Below are positions 25,628 to 33,323 of a stretch of 35,625 bases of DNA, one piece after another (the first letter of the stretch is position 1; each line of letters begins with the position of its first letter). A program made the translations under genes and the position numbers. The stretch is from positions 1 through 35,625 of IMG/VR virus record IMGVR_UViG_3300035397_000191; one strand, 5' to 3'. The DNA comes from a virus (lineage: Duplodnaviria; Caudoviricetes). The notes under the pieces were generated by a model. That model saw only the letters and a program-made list of their open reading frames with translations, made no database searches and was not told where the DNA came from.

Positions 25628-25861
25628 ATGGTTACAAAAGAATTAACACCAGCAGCCTTATTGACTGTAAGCGATGAGGACTTATATTTTACTTACATGA
25701 ATCTTCTTAGAGGTAAACGTATCTATAGAGTTAGAAAAATAGATGAAATTATTCAATATGAAGCCGCCGAACGATGGCTTATGTATTGGACGTTTAAAGA
25801 TAATAGGAGAAGATTATTTGAGCTCGTTATGGGTATTAATCCAAAATATGCAATTGCTTAA
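25628..25861 (+). CDS. Hypothetical protein
   Basis: ORF ending at the convergent terminator. Confidence 0.65.
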   Translation: MVTKELTPAALLTVSDEDLYFTYMNLLRGKRIYRVRKIDEIIQYEAAERWLMYWTFKDNRRRLFELVMGINPKYAIA

Positions 25862-25864
25862 ATT

Positions 25865-25888
25865 TAAACCACCCTAAAAGGTGGTTTA
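25865..25888. terminator. Bidirectional terminator between convergent genes
   Basis: TAAACCACC-N6-GGTGGTTTA. Confidence 0.7.
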
Positions 25889-26278
25889 TTTTATTTCAAT
25901 AGTAATTTCATCTGTTGCACTTTTTAATATATCAAATAATTTATCAAAAGTAGTTCTACTTTTAGTAACTTTGCCTTTTATTGTATTCTTTCCAACTAGC
26001 AAACACCCTTCAGTGTCAAATTCATCTGTCCCCCAGTGTATCCGTATTCCGCTAAAATTTGGTACATCAAGTAATAGAGGCATAATACGCTTAAATCGAT
26101 TAGAATAGTTTAAAATTACTTTATAAGTTCCTGAATGTATTGCGGTTTTACCTTTTATCTTAATACCATCTTCGCGAACAGCATCCTCCAATATATTACA
26201 AAATAACATACCATCAATATACAAATTGCTTATTGTATAAGAAGGAGCTTTATAGATTCTTTCACATATAAGTTTCAT
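25886..26278 (-). CDS. DUF5675-family putative endolysin
   Basis: YTISNL..FCNILED...TAIHSGTY...VPNFSGIRIHWG...TEGCLLVG; follows a holin-like gene. Confidence 0.82.
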   Translation of the reverse strand: MKLICERIYKAPSYTISNLYIDGMLFCNILEDAVREDGIKIKGKTAIHSGTYKVILNYSNRFKRIMPLLLDVPNFSGIRIHWGTDEFDTEGCLLVGKNTIKGKVTKSRTTFDKLFDILKSATDEITIEIK

Positions 26279-26649
26279 TGGCTTAATTCTTTAAGTTTTA
26301 TTATTACAGGGCATGTGTGAGCTTTTTCGTAAAAACATTCAGTTTGAGCATTTACGGCTCTCTTGTGTATATTTAGGCTTCTTTCAATATCAATTAATAA
26401 TTTCTCTCTTTCCAAGTCTCTTTTTTCAAGAGTTTCAACTCTTGTAATTAATTCTTGACGCTCTTTTTTATCATTTTCACGAGCTTTTGATATTTCATAT
26501 ATAATTTTTGTTAAATTTTCAATTTCACCGCTATCGGCTTCATTTGTTTTTTTTCTTTTTATCTCTCTAAAAAAAACTATTAAACCGATGAAAGTTGTTA
26601 GTCCACCAAGCGCACCAAATAAGCTAATTATCATTTTCCAAATTTCCAT
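26275..26649 (-). CDS. Holin-like membrane/coiled-coil protein
   Basis: N-terminal TM helix (FGALGGL) then coiled coil; coupled to the lysin. Confidence 0.6.
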   Translation of the reverse strand: MEIWKMIISLFGALGGLTTFIGLIVFFREIKRKKTNEADSGEIENLTKIIYEISKARENDKKERQELITRVETLEKRDLEREKLLIDIERSLNIHKRAVNAQTECFYEKAHTCPVIIKLKELSQ

Positions 26650-26807
26650 ATTTTTTTATCTGACTTTTTTATTTCAATTAGCACATTAAGACTATCTATT
26701 AACTTATCATATTGCTCTGTAGTCATATTATCACAATTCCCATTATCTATATTCTTTATAAGCTCTTTTAATGCGCTTATTATAGCTTTTTTTAGAGCTG
26801 ATTCCAT
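26631..26807 (-). CDS. Hypothetical 58-aa protein
   Basis: Hand translation MESALKKAIISALKELIKNIDNGNCDNMTTEQYDKL... Confidence 0.55.
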   Translation of the reverse strand: MESALKKAIISALKELIKNIDNGNCDNMTTEQYDKLIDSLNVLIEIKKSDKKIWKFGK

Positions 26808-27135
26808 TTAAGAAAAATAATAAAGTTGCTATTAATAATATTATTATCAAAATAAAAGAAAAATCTAAAAACGAAACAGATAATAAGATATTTTTTTCTT
26901 GTAAAAACTCAAAAAATAATGATAGAAAGCACCCTAAAATTAATGTTTTATGCCAAATACATAAATTAAAAACAAAAGAAAGTGCTAAAAGTATTAAATC
27001 ATATTCTACTGAATGCCCAATTATATAGTACATATTTTGTAAATATCCAAAATAATAAAATATTAACCATAGTATTTTTACAAACGGTATGATCATTATT
27101 GAATATGACAATACTTTTAACAGTTTAAAGTTCAT
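26743..27135 (-). CDS. Multi-pass membrane protein
   Basis: About 4 hydrophobic segments. Confidence 0.7.
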   Translation of the reverse strand: MNFKLLKVLSYSIMIIPFVKILWLIFYYFGYLQNMYYIIGHSVEYDLILLALSFVFNLCIWHKTLILGCFLSLFFEFLQEKNILLSVSFLDFSFILIIILLIATLLFFLNGISSKKSYNKRIKRAYKEYR

Positions 27136-27182
27136 TTTTTAGGTGGTCTTTTAGCTCCGCTCCCTGATTGTTTTGCTTTCAT
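27132..27182 (-). CDS. 16-aa micropeptide MKAKQSGSGAKRPPKK
   Basis: A-rich start context; TGA overlaps the next ATG. Confidence 0.45.
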   Translation of the reverse strand: MKAKQSGSGAKRPPKK

Positions 27183-27232
27183 TTTTTTTGTTTTTAAATT
27201 GTTTTGTAAAAATATAAATAATATTTGAATAA

Positions 27233-27469
27233 TTACTTACTAGGCTTAAATATTTTACTTGCAAGAAGAGAGCTGCCAAGGGTTATTATAGCAAGCGATT
27301 GAATTAATATCAAGCTTAAAATCTCTAATTTCCTACAAAAAAAAACCCCATATCCGAAACAAATACATCCGAATAATACCAAGAATATGCCGACCGCTTT
27401 CCCACTTGATGGAATACCATTTGCAGAATTAGCAATTAATGCGGTAAAAGTTAGTTTTTTCAGTTCCAT
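27233..27469 (-). CDS. Two-TM membrane protein (holin-like)
   Basis: NSANGIPSSGK then 2 TM helices. Confidence 0.6.
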   Translation of the reverse strand: MELKKLTFTALIANSANGIPSSGKAVGIFLVLFGCICFGYGVFFCRKLEILSLILIQSLAIITLGSSLLASKIFKPSK

Positions 27470-27703
27470 TTAATCTAAGTCTGCAATTAATTGTAATTTT
27501 TGATTAACCAAAAGTAAGTCTGCTTCTAGTTTAATCTTTTTTTTGTTAAGTTCTGTTTCAGTTGTTTCATCAACTTTCTCGTTAACATATCCTACACCAG
27601 TGTAGTTATTAGTTGTTACATTACTTTCTTTCGGATACCAAAAAGATATAACATCAGTTCTGTCATCTCTTATTTCTCTTTTAGCACTTAATACTACTAC
27701 CAT
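27470..27703 (-). CDS. Small tail-fibre-associated protein
   Basis: Likely start MVVVLS overlaps the tail fibre stop. Confidence 0.55.
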   Translation of the reverse strand: MVVVLSAKREIRDDRTDVISFWYPKESNVTTNNYTGVGYVNEKVDETTETELNKKKIKLEADLLLVNQKLQLIADLD

Positions 27704-30300
27704 GTTTCTTGATTTATTATTTTCCAAATATAAGAACTTGCACCATTTCTAACACACATTTCTACGTATGAATTATTTTCATCCTCTCTGTATATCAAAG
27801 AGCCTGCTTTATCTTGTGTTGCTTCTGCTGTGTCATCTCCTACTTTTATACTTTTTGTAACAATAAGATTTCCACTTGTGTCAATTTTAAAAATATCATT
27901 TGTATCTAGTCTGAAAATAAGCCCTGATACTGTACTAAAATTAATGCTAAATCCTGATGTTGCGGTTAAAGTACTTATGTATCCACCACTTTGAATAAGC
28001 ATACCACCATTAAGATAGAATTTCGCACCATATGTTTCGTTAGTTCCATTTATTCCTAATTGTCCAGTTGATGTAATGAATAAGTCTGTTACCCACGTAC
28101 CGCCTCCTTTAGTTGCATTGGATACCGTGCAACGTTGAAAGTATTTAATTCTATTCAATACATATTCTCTACGGTCTCCTATTGTATCGGCAGTAGTTGA
28201 TGTTGGATTTTTATATTCATATTGTGGTGTCTGAATTATACCAGTGAAAATTGAATTATTAATTTTAGCGTATAATAAAAGCAAGTCATCAACGAACTTC
28301 TTGTTAACCAATACATTATCTGATGTAACAAGTGTTTCATAATTAGCAAGCATGGAGGATAAAGCCCCATTTGTTCCTAGTTTTATGTAGTCCACAGGTG
28401 CTGTTGAACTTGTAGGACTGTTAACTGCAAATACCATACAAGTAGGGTATGTACCTGCTGCCCAAGTGCCATCTTGTGCAAAATAGAATGACGCACTTTT
28501 TCTCCAAGCTGAATAATAAGCTAAAGCAGTAATTTCGTATAATATATTATTATTCCCTGTTAAATTAGTAGGTACTGCAATAGTTCCCTTTGCTCTTGCA
28601 CCCCGTAATATTGCGTTCCCCGATGCTCCGAAAAAAGCGTGCAAAATATCTTTATTAGCAGAATCGGCAGAAAATAAATTAAATTTAGAACTTCCTAAGC
28701 CAGTCGCAGATGAATAAGCTGTATTTCCAATTACTACTTTTTTATTGGTTTTATCAGTTACAAGTAAATCTGTATCTACAATTATATTGTTATTTCCTAA
28801 ATTAACATCTGCATTTGCACCAGTGTAAGGGACTTTATTTGTAATATCGTTCACGCTTGAAACCTGTGCTGCTGTCAAGTGTATGTAGTCTCCATCATTT
28901 ATTCCTGCCAAATCATTGTGCCTGCTTTGTAGAGGCGTGTGAGCATGGCTTGCATTAGCCGACCCACCCAAATAAATAGTTACTGTCCTACTTTGAGCTG
29001 CTGTTTGTGTAGCCCGATAAACAAATACAAGTCTATGGTCTATTGTTAAGCCTGAAAATGCAGTCTGTATTACATTTACATTGTAACCAGTTATTACATT
29101 TGTTAAAAGTTTATTTGCAACCGTAAATAATGGCGTGCCTAAAGTTACTACCCCTGCCGATACAGTGGCTGCATATACTACAATATCAAATCCAGCCGTT
29201 GTTCCACCGCTACTCTTAGCCCAAGTGTTAAATTCCCAAAGCCCTGCAGGGATGGTAGTTACCCCTATTCCATTGGATGATATTATAAAACTCTTAATTA
29301 CAACTGGCGAAGTTCCCGAAGTTACCGCTGCAGCAAAAGAAGTCTCAACAAGAGTAATTGGCGAGCGTGCAAGGTATAGGTAATTAGCATCTGTAACGTC
29401 AGGGCTATCTGTATCGGTTAAATATTCTATTATCCCATTCCCAGCCCCAATAACACCAGCTCTTGGTACCCAATTTAAACCATCAAATTGTAAATTGTCA
29501 TCTACATTTGGGGCTGTTGAAACTACATCGGAAAGTTCATCTAATGTATAGCTTGGCTTGGTAGTTTCTTTTGCCCATGCGTAAACGTCTGCCGCATTGC
29601 GTGCATCGGAAAGGCGTGTATCTGTAGTATCTACTTTACCATCCCAGTTAGTTTTATTCTCACTTGTTACATGAATTATAGTGTCAGAGATGTGGCTTTG
29701 TATATTTGAATTTGCAGGCTCTGCACCTACTTCACCAGCATTGTAAGTTGGTTTTGTTGGGTTTTTTGACCATGCAGGTACTGTAGGGTCAGTTTCTGTA
29801 AAAGTCTGCAATGCCGTGTCCGCTTTTGCGCCTTGATCTGCAGTGGCAAAATCACCTGTATTGTTATTTGCAGCAGTTCCAAATGTACGACCCTCCAATA
29901 TTGTACCGGCAGTAGTTCCGAAATTCTTATTAAAAGCAGTTAGTTTAGTTATTATTGGTTCGTAAAGCAAGTCAGTAGCGGACTTGAATAATGTTTTTAA
30001 AGCAGAAATTAAAGTTTTTTTCTTACCGCCTAAAATTATATAATCTGTATCTTCAGGCGTACTTACATCGAATGTATCAATTGCAGTACCTACATTATCC
30101 TTTGTAACAGATGCAGACCCTTGTTGCACCCATTCAGTATCGTATGGATTATTAGACTTTTTTTGTAGAATTTCGCCAGTATTTCCACCACTAGGAACGC
30201 CAACACCAGGTTGTCCAATGCGAAAATCAAAAGTTATTGACGCTCCTTGTTGAACTTCAATACCATCAATAACTTTAACCAGTGTAACAACTACGCTCAT
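27697..30300 (-). CDS. Tail fibre / receptor-binding protein
   Basis: 867 aa, T/G/A/N-rich; GVPSGGNTGEILQKKS..YDTEW, ATADQGAKADTALQ, ETDPTVPAW..KPTY, VPYTGANADVNLG modules. Confidence 0.85.
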   Translation of the reverse strand: MSVVVTLVKVIDGIEVQQGASITFDFRIGQPGVGVPSGGNTGEILQKKSNNPYDTEWVQQGSASVTKDNVGTAIDTFDVSTPEDTDYIILGGKKKTLISALKTLFKSATDLLYEPIITKLTAFNKNFGTTAGTILEGRTFGTAANNNTGDFATADQGAKADTALQTFTETDPTVPAWSKNPTKPTYNAGEVGAEPANSNIQSHISDTIIHVTSENKTNWDGKVDTTDTRLSDARNAADVYAWAKETTKPSYTLDELSDVVSTAPNVDDNLQFDGLNWVPRAGVIGAGNGIIEYLTDTDSPDVTDANYLYLARSPITLVETSFAAAVTSGTSPVVIKSFIISSNGIGVTTIPAGLWEFNTWAKSSGGTTAGFDIVVYAATVSAGVVTLGTPLFTVANKLLTNVITGYNVNVIQTAFSGLTIDHRLVFVYRATQTAAQSRTVTIYLGGSANASHAHTPLQSRHNDLAGINDGDYIHLTAAQVSSVNDITNKVPYTGANADVNLGNNNIIVDTDLLVTDKTNKKVVIGNTAYSSATGLGSSKFNLFSADSANKDILHAFFGASGNAILRGARAKGTIAVPTNLTGNNNILYEITALAYYSAWRKSASFYFAQDGTWAAGTYPTCMVFAVNSPTSSTAPVDYIKLGTNGALSSMLANYETLVTSDNVLVNKKFVDDLLLLYAKINNSIFTGIIQTPQYEYKNPTSTTADTIGDRREYVLNRIKYFQRCTVSNATKGGGTWVTDLFITSTGQLGINGTNETYGAKFYLNGGMLIQSGGYISTLTATSGFSINFSTVSGLIFRLDTNDIFKIDTSGNLIVTKSIKVGDDTAEATQDKAGSLIYREDENNSYVEMCVRNGASSYIWKIINQETW

Positions 30301-30608
30301 ACAATTAATTTTTTTGAGTGGGAGTCATCTAAGACAAAAAACTCTTCTTTTGCAATTGAAGTATAATCAGAACCAAGTAATATTTCTTTTATGTAATTTC
30401 CTACATGAAGACTTTTTGTAATTGTATTTGATATTTCACCATAATATCTGTTAGTTGATATTTGTGTTAATTCTGATTTTTGAAATACAATATCTTTCTG
30501 TTGTACATTATTGTAAATAAGTACAGCAAACACATTTGCATCTAAGTCAGTTTGTGCATCTCCTTGCATATAAAAACCTATTGTATCACCCCTATAAAAT
30601 TTTTCCAT
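30297..30608 (-). CDS. Tail-associated protein (BppU-N-like)
   Basis: FYRGDT N-terminus, coupled to the tail fibre. Confidence 0.55.
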   Translation of the reverse strand: MEKFYRGDTIGFYMQGDAQTDLDANVFAVLIYNNVQQKDIVFQKSELTQISTNRYYGEISNTITKSLHVGNYIKEILLGSDYTSIAKEEFFVLDDSHSKKLIV

Positions 30609-30612
30609 ATAA

Positions 30613-31083
30613 CTAAAATAGTAGAAAGTAATAAGTAATTACCACTGATGTAAAAGCACATATTTCAGCCCAATATACCACTGCTTTTTTTTCTAACAAA
30701 TATAATGAATATGTCAGTGCAATAAATAAAAAAGATAGCCAAGCAAACCCAAGTGAAAATAACATTATTTGACTTCCTATAACTGCAATTGCAGCACCTG
30801 CAAAATGTGTAACAGACTTTGTGCCACTTTCTAAGTATTCAGGTGCAGCAGCAACATAAAATAAAGTAACACCAAAGAGTACCCATTCCGTAAATTGTAA
30901 CCCTATTATTATTATTAATGTAGAGTATATCATGGTAACAATAGGAAATATGTATTTATAAATTCCTTTTAGATAGTACCATTCGGAACTTAAACTTTTA
31001 GCATTATATTTTAATTTCAAAAAGATAGCATTTGAATAAAATATAATAACCATACAAAAAAACATTATCTTAATTGCTAGCAT
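30613..31083 (-). CDS. Multi-pass membrane protein
   Basis: KSLSSEWYYL, FYVAAAPEY, HFAGA, YWAEI; 5-6 TM helices. Confidence 0.75.
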   Translation of the reverse strand: MLAIKIMFFCMVIIFYSNAIFLKLKYNAKSLSSEWYYLKGIYKYIFPIVTMIYSTLIIIIGLQFTEWVLFGVTLFYVAAAPEYLESGTKSVTHFAGAAIAVIGSQIMLFSLGFAWLSFLFIALTYSLYLLEKKAVVYWAEICAFTSVVITYYFLLF

Positions 31084-31240
31084 AATACCGCCTTATATAA
31101 TTTATGTATTCGATTAATTTACAGTCGCAAAAATCGGGGTCTTGACCTTTTATTCTTTTATATTCATAAAGAATAATTTTAACATATTCTCCTGAATTAA
31201 CAATTGCAGAATCAGGTAGTTTTATTATATCTTGGACTGT
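31070..31240 (-). CDS. Start-less ORF reachable by -1 shift from 31225..31440
   Basis: TVQDIIKLPDSAIVNSGEYVKIILYEYKRIKGQDPDFCDCKLIEYINYIRRYYASN*; A10 run at 31240-31249. Confidence 0.55.
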   Translation of the reverse strand, partial: TVQDIIKLPDSAIVNSGEYVKIILYEYKRIKGQDPDFCDCKLIEYINYIRRYYASN

Positions 31241-31440
31241 TTTTTTTTTGTCTCTTCTACAATTGGTATTGCCACATCTTCTACTGTTTCAACTACTTTA
31301 TTAACATTTTCAGTTTGTGTAAAAGGTTTTTTTTCTATAGCATCTCTAACTGCCTGAGGTAGTTTTTCTTTTGATTTTTCAGTTTTATAATCTGCATGAA
31401 AATAAACTACCCCTTTGTATATTGTTTTCTTGTTATTCAT
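31225..31440 (-). CDS. Small protein, possible tail assembly chaperone N-part
   Basis: Directly after the tail tube paralogs; ends just past the A10 run. Confidence 0.6.
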   Translation of the reverse strand: MNNKKTIYKGVVYFHADYKTEKSKEKLPQAVRDAIEKKPFTQTENVNKVVETVEDVAIPIVEETKKKQSKI

Positions 31441-31441
31441 A

Positions 31442-32566
31442 TCAATTAAAAGTTATAGTGTAATTAGGTAAGTTACTTTCAATCCAAGATAATAATGTAG
31501 AATAGTCATCATCATCGAACATATATAATGAAATATTATACATATAAGCATTATTTCCATCTGTAAAATAACAACTCCCTGATTCATTAGGATTGTTACG
31601 TGCCGCATCAAATAACCAGTCCCCAATACATTTAGCTGTTAAACTACATCCATTGGCATTAATATTATATGCGTAAGGAGCAGTAAACTTTGTTAATGTA
31701 GGTTGAGATTCTATATTAAGAGTACTAGTTAATTTATTAGCTGTAATACTTGAAAACAAACAACCTGCCAAAACTAAATTTGTCAGAGGAATATAAGTAA
31801 CAAAATTACCTTTAAATTCAGACCCACCAATATTATCTGTTAATTTTAATAAAGTTGTTGTTTTAGGTATAATTAACAATCCATTTCCAGCAGGCAAATT
31901 AGCATTACTATCAGAATATACTCCAGCAGTTGTATTACTTGTAACATATCCACCACTTGTATTAAGATATTTAATACTAGCTGTTTTATTTGAATCAATC
32001 TCTAAATATATTTTAGTTCCTCCAGCATCAAACTGTACGGTAATGAAATCATTATCATTAAAATAATTATAAAGCGAATCTTCTAAAAAAGCCATCGGAG
32101 TATTGACAAGAGTTTCCTCAAATGTTAATAATATACCGCCGTGTGTATCAGTTGAGTTTAATTCCTGTGAAGTTGTTTTAAGTCTCAACCCTCTTTCTAA
32201 ACCTACTACAATATTTTTACCGTCAAATTGTCTCCCAATAAATACCCAATCCTCATCTTTCAATTGCAATATTTGTTGTTGAGTTAGACTTGTATTTGCA
32301 ATTATGAAAACTTCTATGCCGTTTGTGAACTTTGTTAATCCGTATGAATTGCGTTCACCGTCTGCTTTAGGTTTAAAAGCATTGTCAGTCGGTGGTTGAG
32401 CAACGGATATAAGAAAACTAGGGTAGAATGTAGCAATATAACCAGCTGTTACTGCCTTTTGTATAATTTCAGAGCGCAAACATAAAAAACCATTGTGTTC
32501 TAATCCTGATACAGTGGGGCATCCTGCGTTAATTGCGGTATTTAATTTATCTTCAGAACAAATCAT
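31442..32566 (-). CDS. Tail-tube paralog with C-terminal extension
   Basis: N-terminal ~170 aa aligns by eye with 32639..33223. Confidence 0.65.
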   Translation of the reverse strand: MICSEDKLNTAINAGCPTVSGLEHNGFLCLRSEIIQKAVTAGYIATFYPSFLISVAQPPTDNAFKPKADGERNSYGLTKFTNGIEVFIIANTSLTQQQILQLKDEDWVFIGRQFDGKNIVVGLERGLRLKTTSQELNSTDTHGGILLTFEETLVNTPMAFLEDSLYNYFNDNDFITVQFDAGGTKIYLEIDSNKTASIKYLNTSGGYVTSNTTAGVYSDSNANLPAGNGLLIIPKTTTLLKLTDNIGGSEFKGNFVTYIPLTNLVLAGCLFSSITANKLTSTLNIESQPTLTKFTAPYAYNINANGCSLTAKCIGDWLFDAARNNPNESGSCYFTDGNNAYMYNISLYMFDDDDYSTLLSWIESNLPNYTITFN

Positions 32567-32597
32567 GTTAATTATAGTTAAATTGTTAAAATATTAT

Positions 32598-32628
32598 GTA
32601 TAGGTTCTCGAAATTGAAAACCTACACA
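32598..32628 (-). terminator. Stem-loop after tail tube gene
   Basis: TAGGTT/AACCTA core stem with flanking TGT/ACA pairs. Confidence 0.5.
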
Positions 32629-32638
32629 TTAATATAAA

Positions 32639-33223
32639 TTAAGCCACTAATAAATCAATTAAAGCATCTGTTGCAGCCTCACCACTAGATGCCCAAATGA
32701 ATGAAACAGGAAGTAAAGCACCCTCTTCAATCATTTCTACTGCCCATCCGTAAGCATCTTGATTTTCCATAGAAAAAGATGCTTTTCTTGTAGTCATACC
32801 TTTTGTAGGTGCTAATAACATATACTTGTTTTTTTCGGCAGCACTATAAGAAATATTTTGCAAAATTACATAGTGTTCATCGTTTTGTAATTGCATAACT
32901 TGATTAACCTTGTCAGGGCTATTCCCCATGATAATGAAGCCAAAAGTTGATAAAAATTTCATTTTATACTCGCCTTTTTCGCCCTCAACCTTTGTCGCTT
33001 TAAATGGCATTTCACCATAATCAGTTACATATTCGCCACCAGTTCCAGGTGTTGTAAGTCCAAATGTATTGATTACAACAGTTCCTGAATCATATGCAAT
33101 TGCTGCATTATTAACAAGTGAGCGAGGTATTACAATCGCTCTTTTTTCTACTCCGACTGTTTGATTTTGACATCCGCTATTGATTGCGGTACTCAACTTA
33201 TCTGTAAAACAAGGCTGTGCCAT
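32639..33223 (-). CDS. Major tail tube protein (putative)
   Basis: 194 aa; C..VGVEKRAIVIPRS; own promoter and downstream hairpin suggest high expression. Confidence 0.65.
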   Translation of the reverse strand: MAQPCFTDKLSTAINSGCQNQTVGVEKRAIVIPRSLVNNAAIAYDSGTVVINTFGLTTPGTGGEYVTDYGEMPFKATKVEGEKGEYKMKFLSTFGFIIMGNSPDKVNQVMQLQNDEHYVILQNISYSAAEKNKYMLLAPTKGMTTRKASFSMENQDAYGWAVEMIEEGALLPVSFIWASSGEAATDALIDLLVA

Positions 33224-33260
33224 AATTAAGTATATTTTTAATTGTTATTTTATTATTTTA

Positions 33261-33280
33261 TTATTTTTTGCAAATATATA
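33261..33280 (-). promoter_or_regulatory. Late promoter motif
   Basis: TTATTTTTTGCAAATATATA, identical to 4461-4480. Confidence 0.7.
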
Positions 33281-33323
33281 ATATGTTTATATTAAATTAT
33301 TACTATTGTCAGCAACATGACAA

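Noticed and set aside
27697-30300. Diversity-generating retroelement or invertible tail-fibre shufflon
   Set aside because: No reverse transcriptase, no TR/VR pair and no invertase or inverted tail-fibre modules seen in the window
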